64,000 nt of DNA, taken from the IMG/VR virus record IMGVR_UViG_3300008267_000025, positions 13,674 to 77,673 of that record, one strand, 5' to 3'. The notes below the pieces were generated by a model. That model saw only the letters and a program-made list of their open reading frames with translations, was not told the origin of the DNA and ran no database searches. Position numbers and translations under genes: made by a program. The stretch comes from a virus. Positions 63,206-64,000 of the stretch are shown piece by piece. How positions within the stretch are numbered: position 1 is the first letter of the stretch; each line of letters begins with the position of its first letter.

Positions 63206-63982
63206 ATGGGTATGGACAAGTTAAATAAAATATTAAAAAGTTTTCATATCCAAAATGAACTAAATCCTAAAATATGGGAAAGTCCTGATGGTGATAATAT
63301 GAACCCAAAAGTTCGTGAACGTTTATTAGAAATTGCTTATGATTTTATCGATTTTTTAGATATCGATATTCTAATAAGTGATATTGTTATGACAGGTTCA
63401 CTTTCAAATTATAATTGGTCGGAGTATTCCGATGTTGATATTCATATTTTAGTTGATTTTAATCAATTTTCATCTGAAGAAAAACCATTATATGAAGAAT
63501 TATTTTATTTAAAAAAATCAGTATATAATAATAAACATAATATAACTATTTTTGGGTATGATGTTGAATTATATGTTGAGGACGAATCTTCAATTAAAGA
63601 GGTAAAAGGTATTGGTGTCTATTCACTTTTAAATGATGAATGGAAAAGTAAACCATCTAAGGAATCAGTTGAAATTGATTTAGAGGGTATATCTACTAAA
63701 GCGAAACAATGGATGGATATTATTGATGGGGTAATTAAACACACCAAAGATGAGGAAATAGAATCGGCTAAGGGTATTATTAAAAAATGCGTTGATAAAA
63801 TTAGGAAATATCGTGAAAGAGGACTTCAAAAGGGAGGGGAATTTTCAGAAGAAAATTTAGTTTTTAAAATTTTAAGACGTAACGGGTATCTAGAAAAGAT
63901 AAGGTCGTTGAAAGATAAATTAATAGATAAGAAACTATCACTTAATGAAAAAAATAATAATTCATTAATTAACCCTAATTAA
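63206..63982 (+). CDS. Pol-beta superfamily nucleotidyltransferase
   Basis: TGSLSNYNWSEYSDVDIH, VELYVED, ENLVFKILRR. Confidence 0.8.
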   Translation: MGMDKLNKILKSFHIQNELNPKIWESPDGDNMNPKVRERLLEIAYDFIDFLDIDILISDIVMTGSLSNYNWSEYSDVDIHILVDFNQFSSEEKPLYEELFYLKKSVYNNKHNITIFGYDVELYVEDESSIKEVKGIGVYSLLNDEWKSKPSKESVEIDLEGISTKAKQWMDIIDGVIKHTKDEEIESAKGIIKKCVDKIRKYRERGLQKGGEFSEENLVFKILRRNGYLEKIRSLKDKLIDKKLSLNEKNNNSLINPN

Positions 63983-64000
63983 CTGTGCAACATTCGATAT

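Overview
A 64 kb segment of a very AT-rich large dsDNA (jumbo/huge) phage, most likely infecting a Bacteroidota host. Many genes follow the Bacteroidota sigma -7 element TAnnTTTG, and a second, putatively phage-specific motif (TATTTAT) precedes most others. No core capsid, terminase or polymerase genes are present. Main contents: (1) 20 translationally coupled, divergent MORN2/YwqK-like mini-genes in two arrays plus one orphan (798-8379); six are missing from the ORF track. (2) A gene-poor, apparently C-skewed region (about 8.7-12.2 kb) with iteron- and DnaA-box-like repeats, three tRNAs, two tRNA-like RNAs with abnormal anticodon arms and an HNH endonuclease. (3) Many proteins sharing an N-terminal (I/L)-x-E leader, including cell-wall enzymes and a kinase-like protein. 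(4) An operon of GAF-PAS histidine kinase, patatin, receiver protein and a coiled-coil/2TM protein. (5) dnaK split by a group I intron carrying an endonuclease. (6) A secreted CAP-domain paralog array. (7) tRNA-Ser, tmRNA, an N-domain-less ClpC-like ATPase, Hsp20, FKBP, a GMP reductase/IMPDH-family enzyme and other auxiliary genes. All assignments are from reading motifs by eye; no searches or computations were run.
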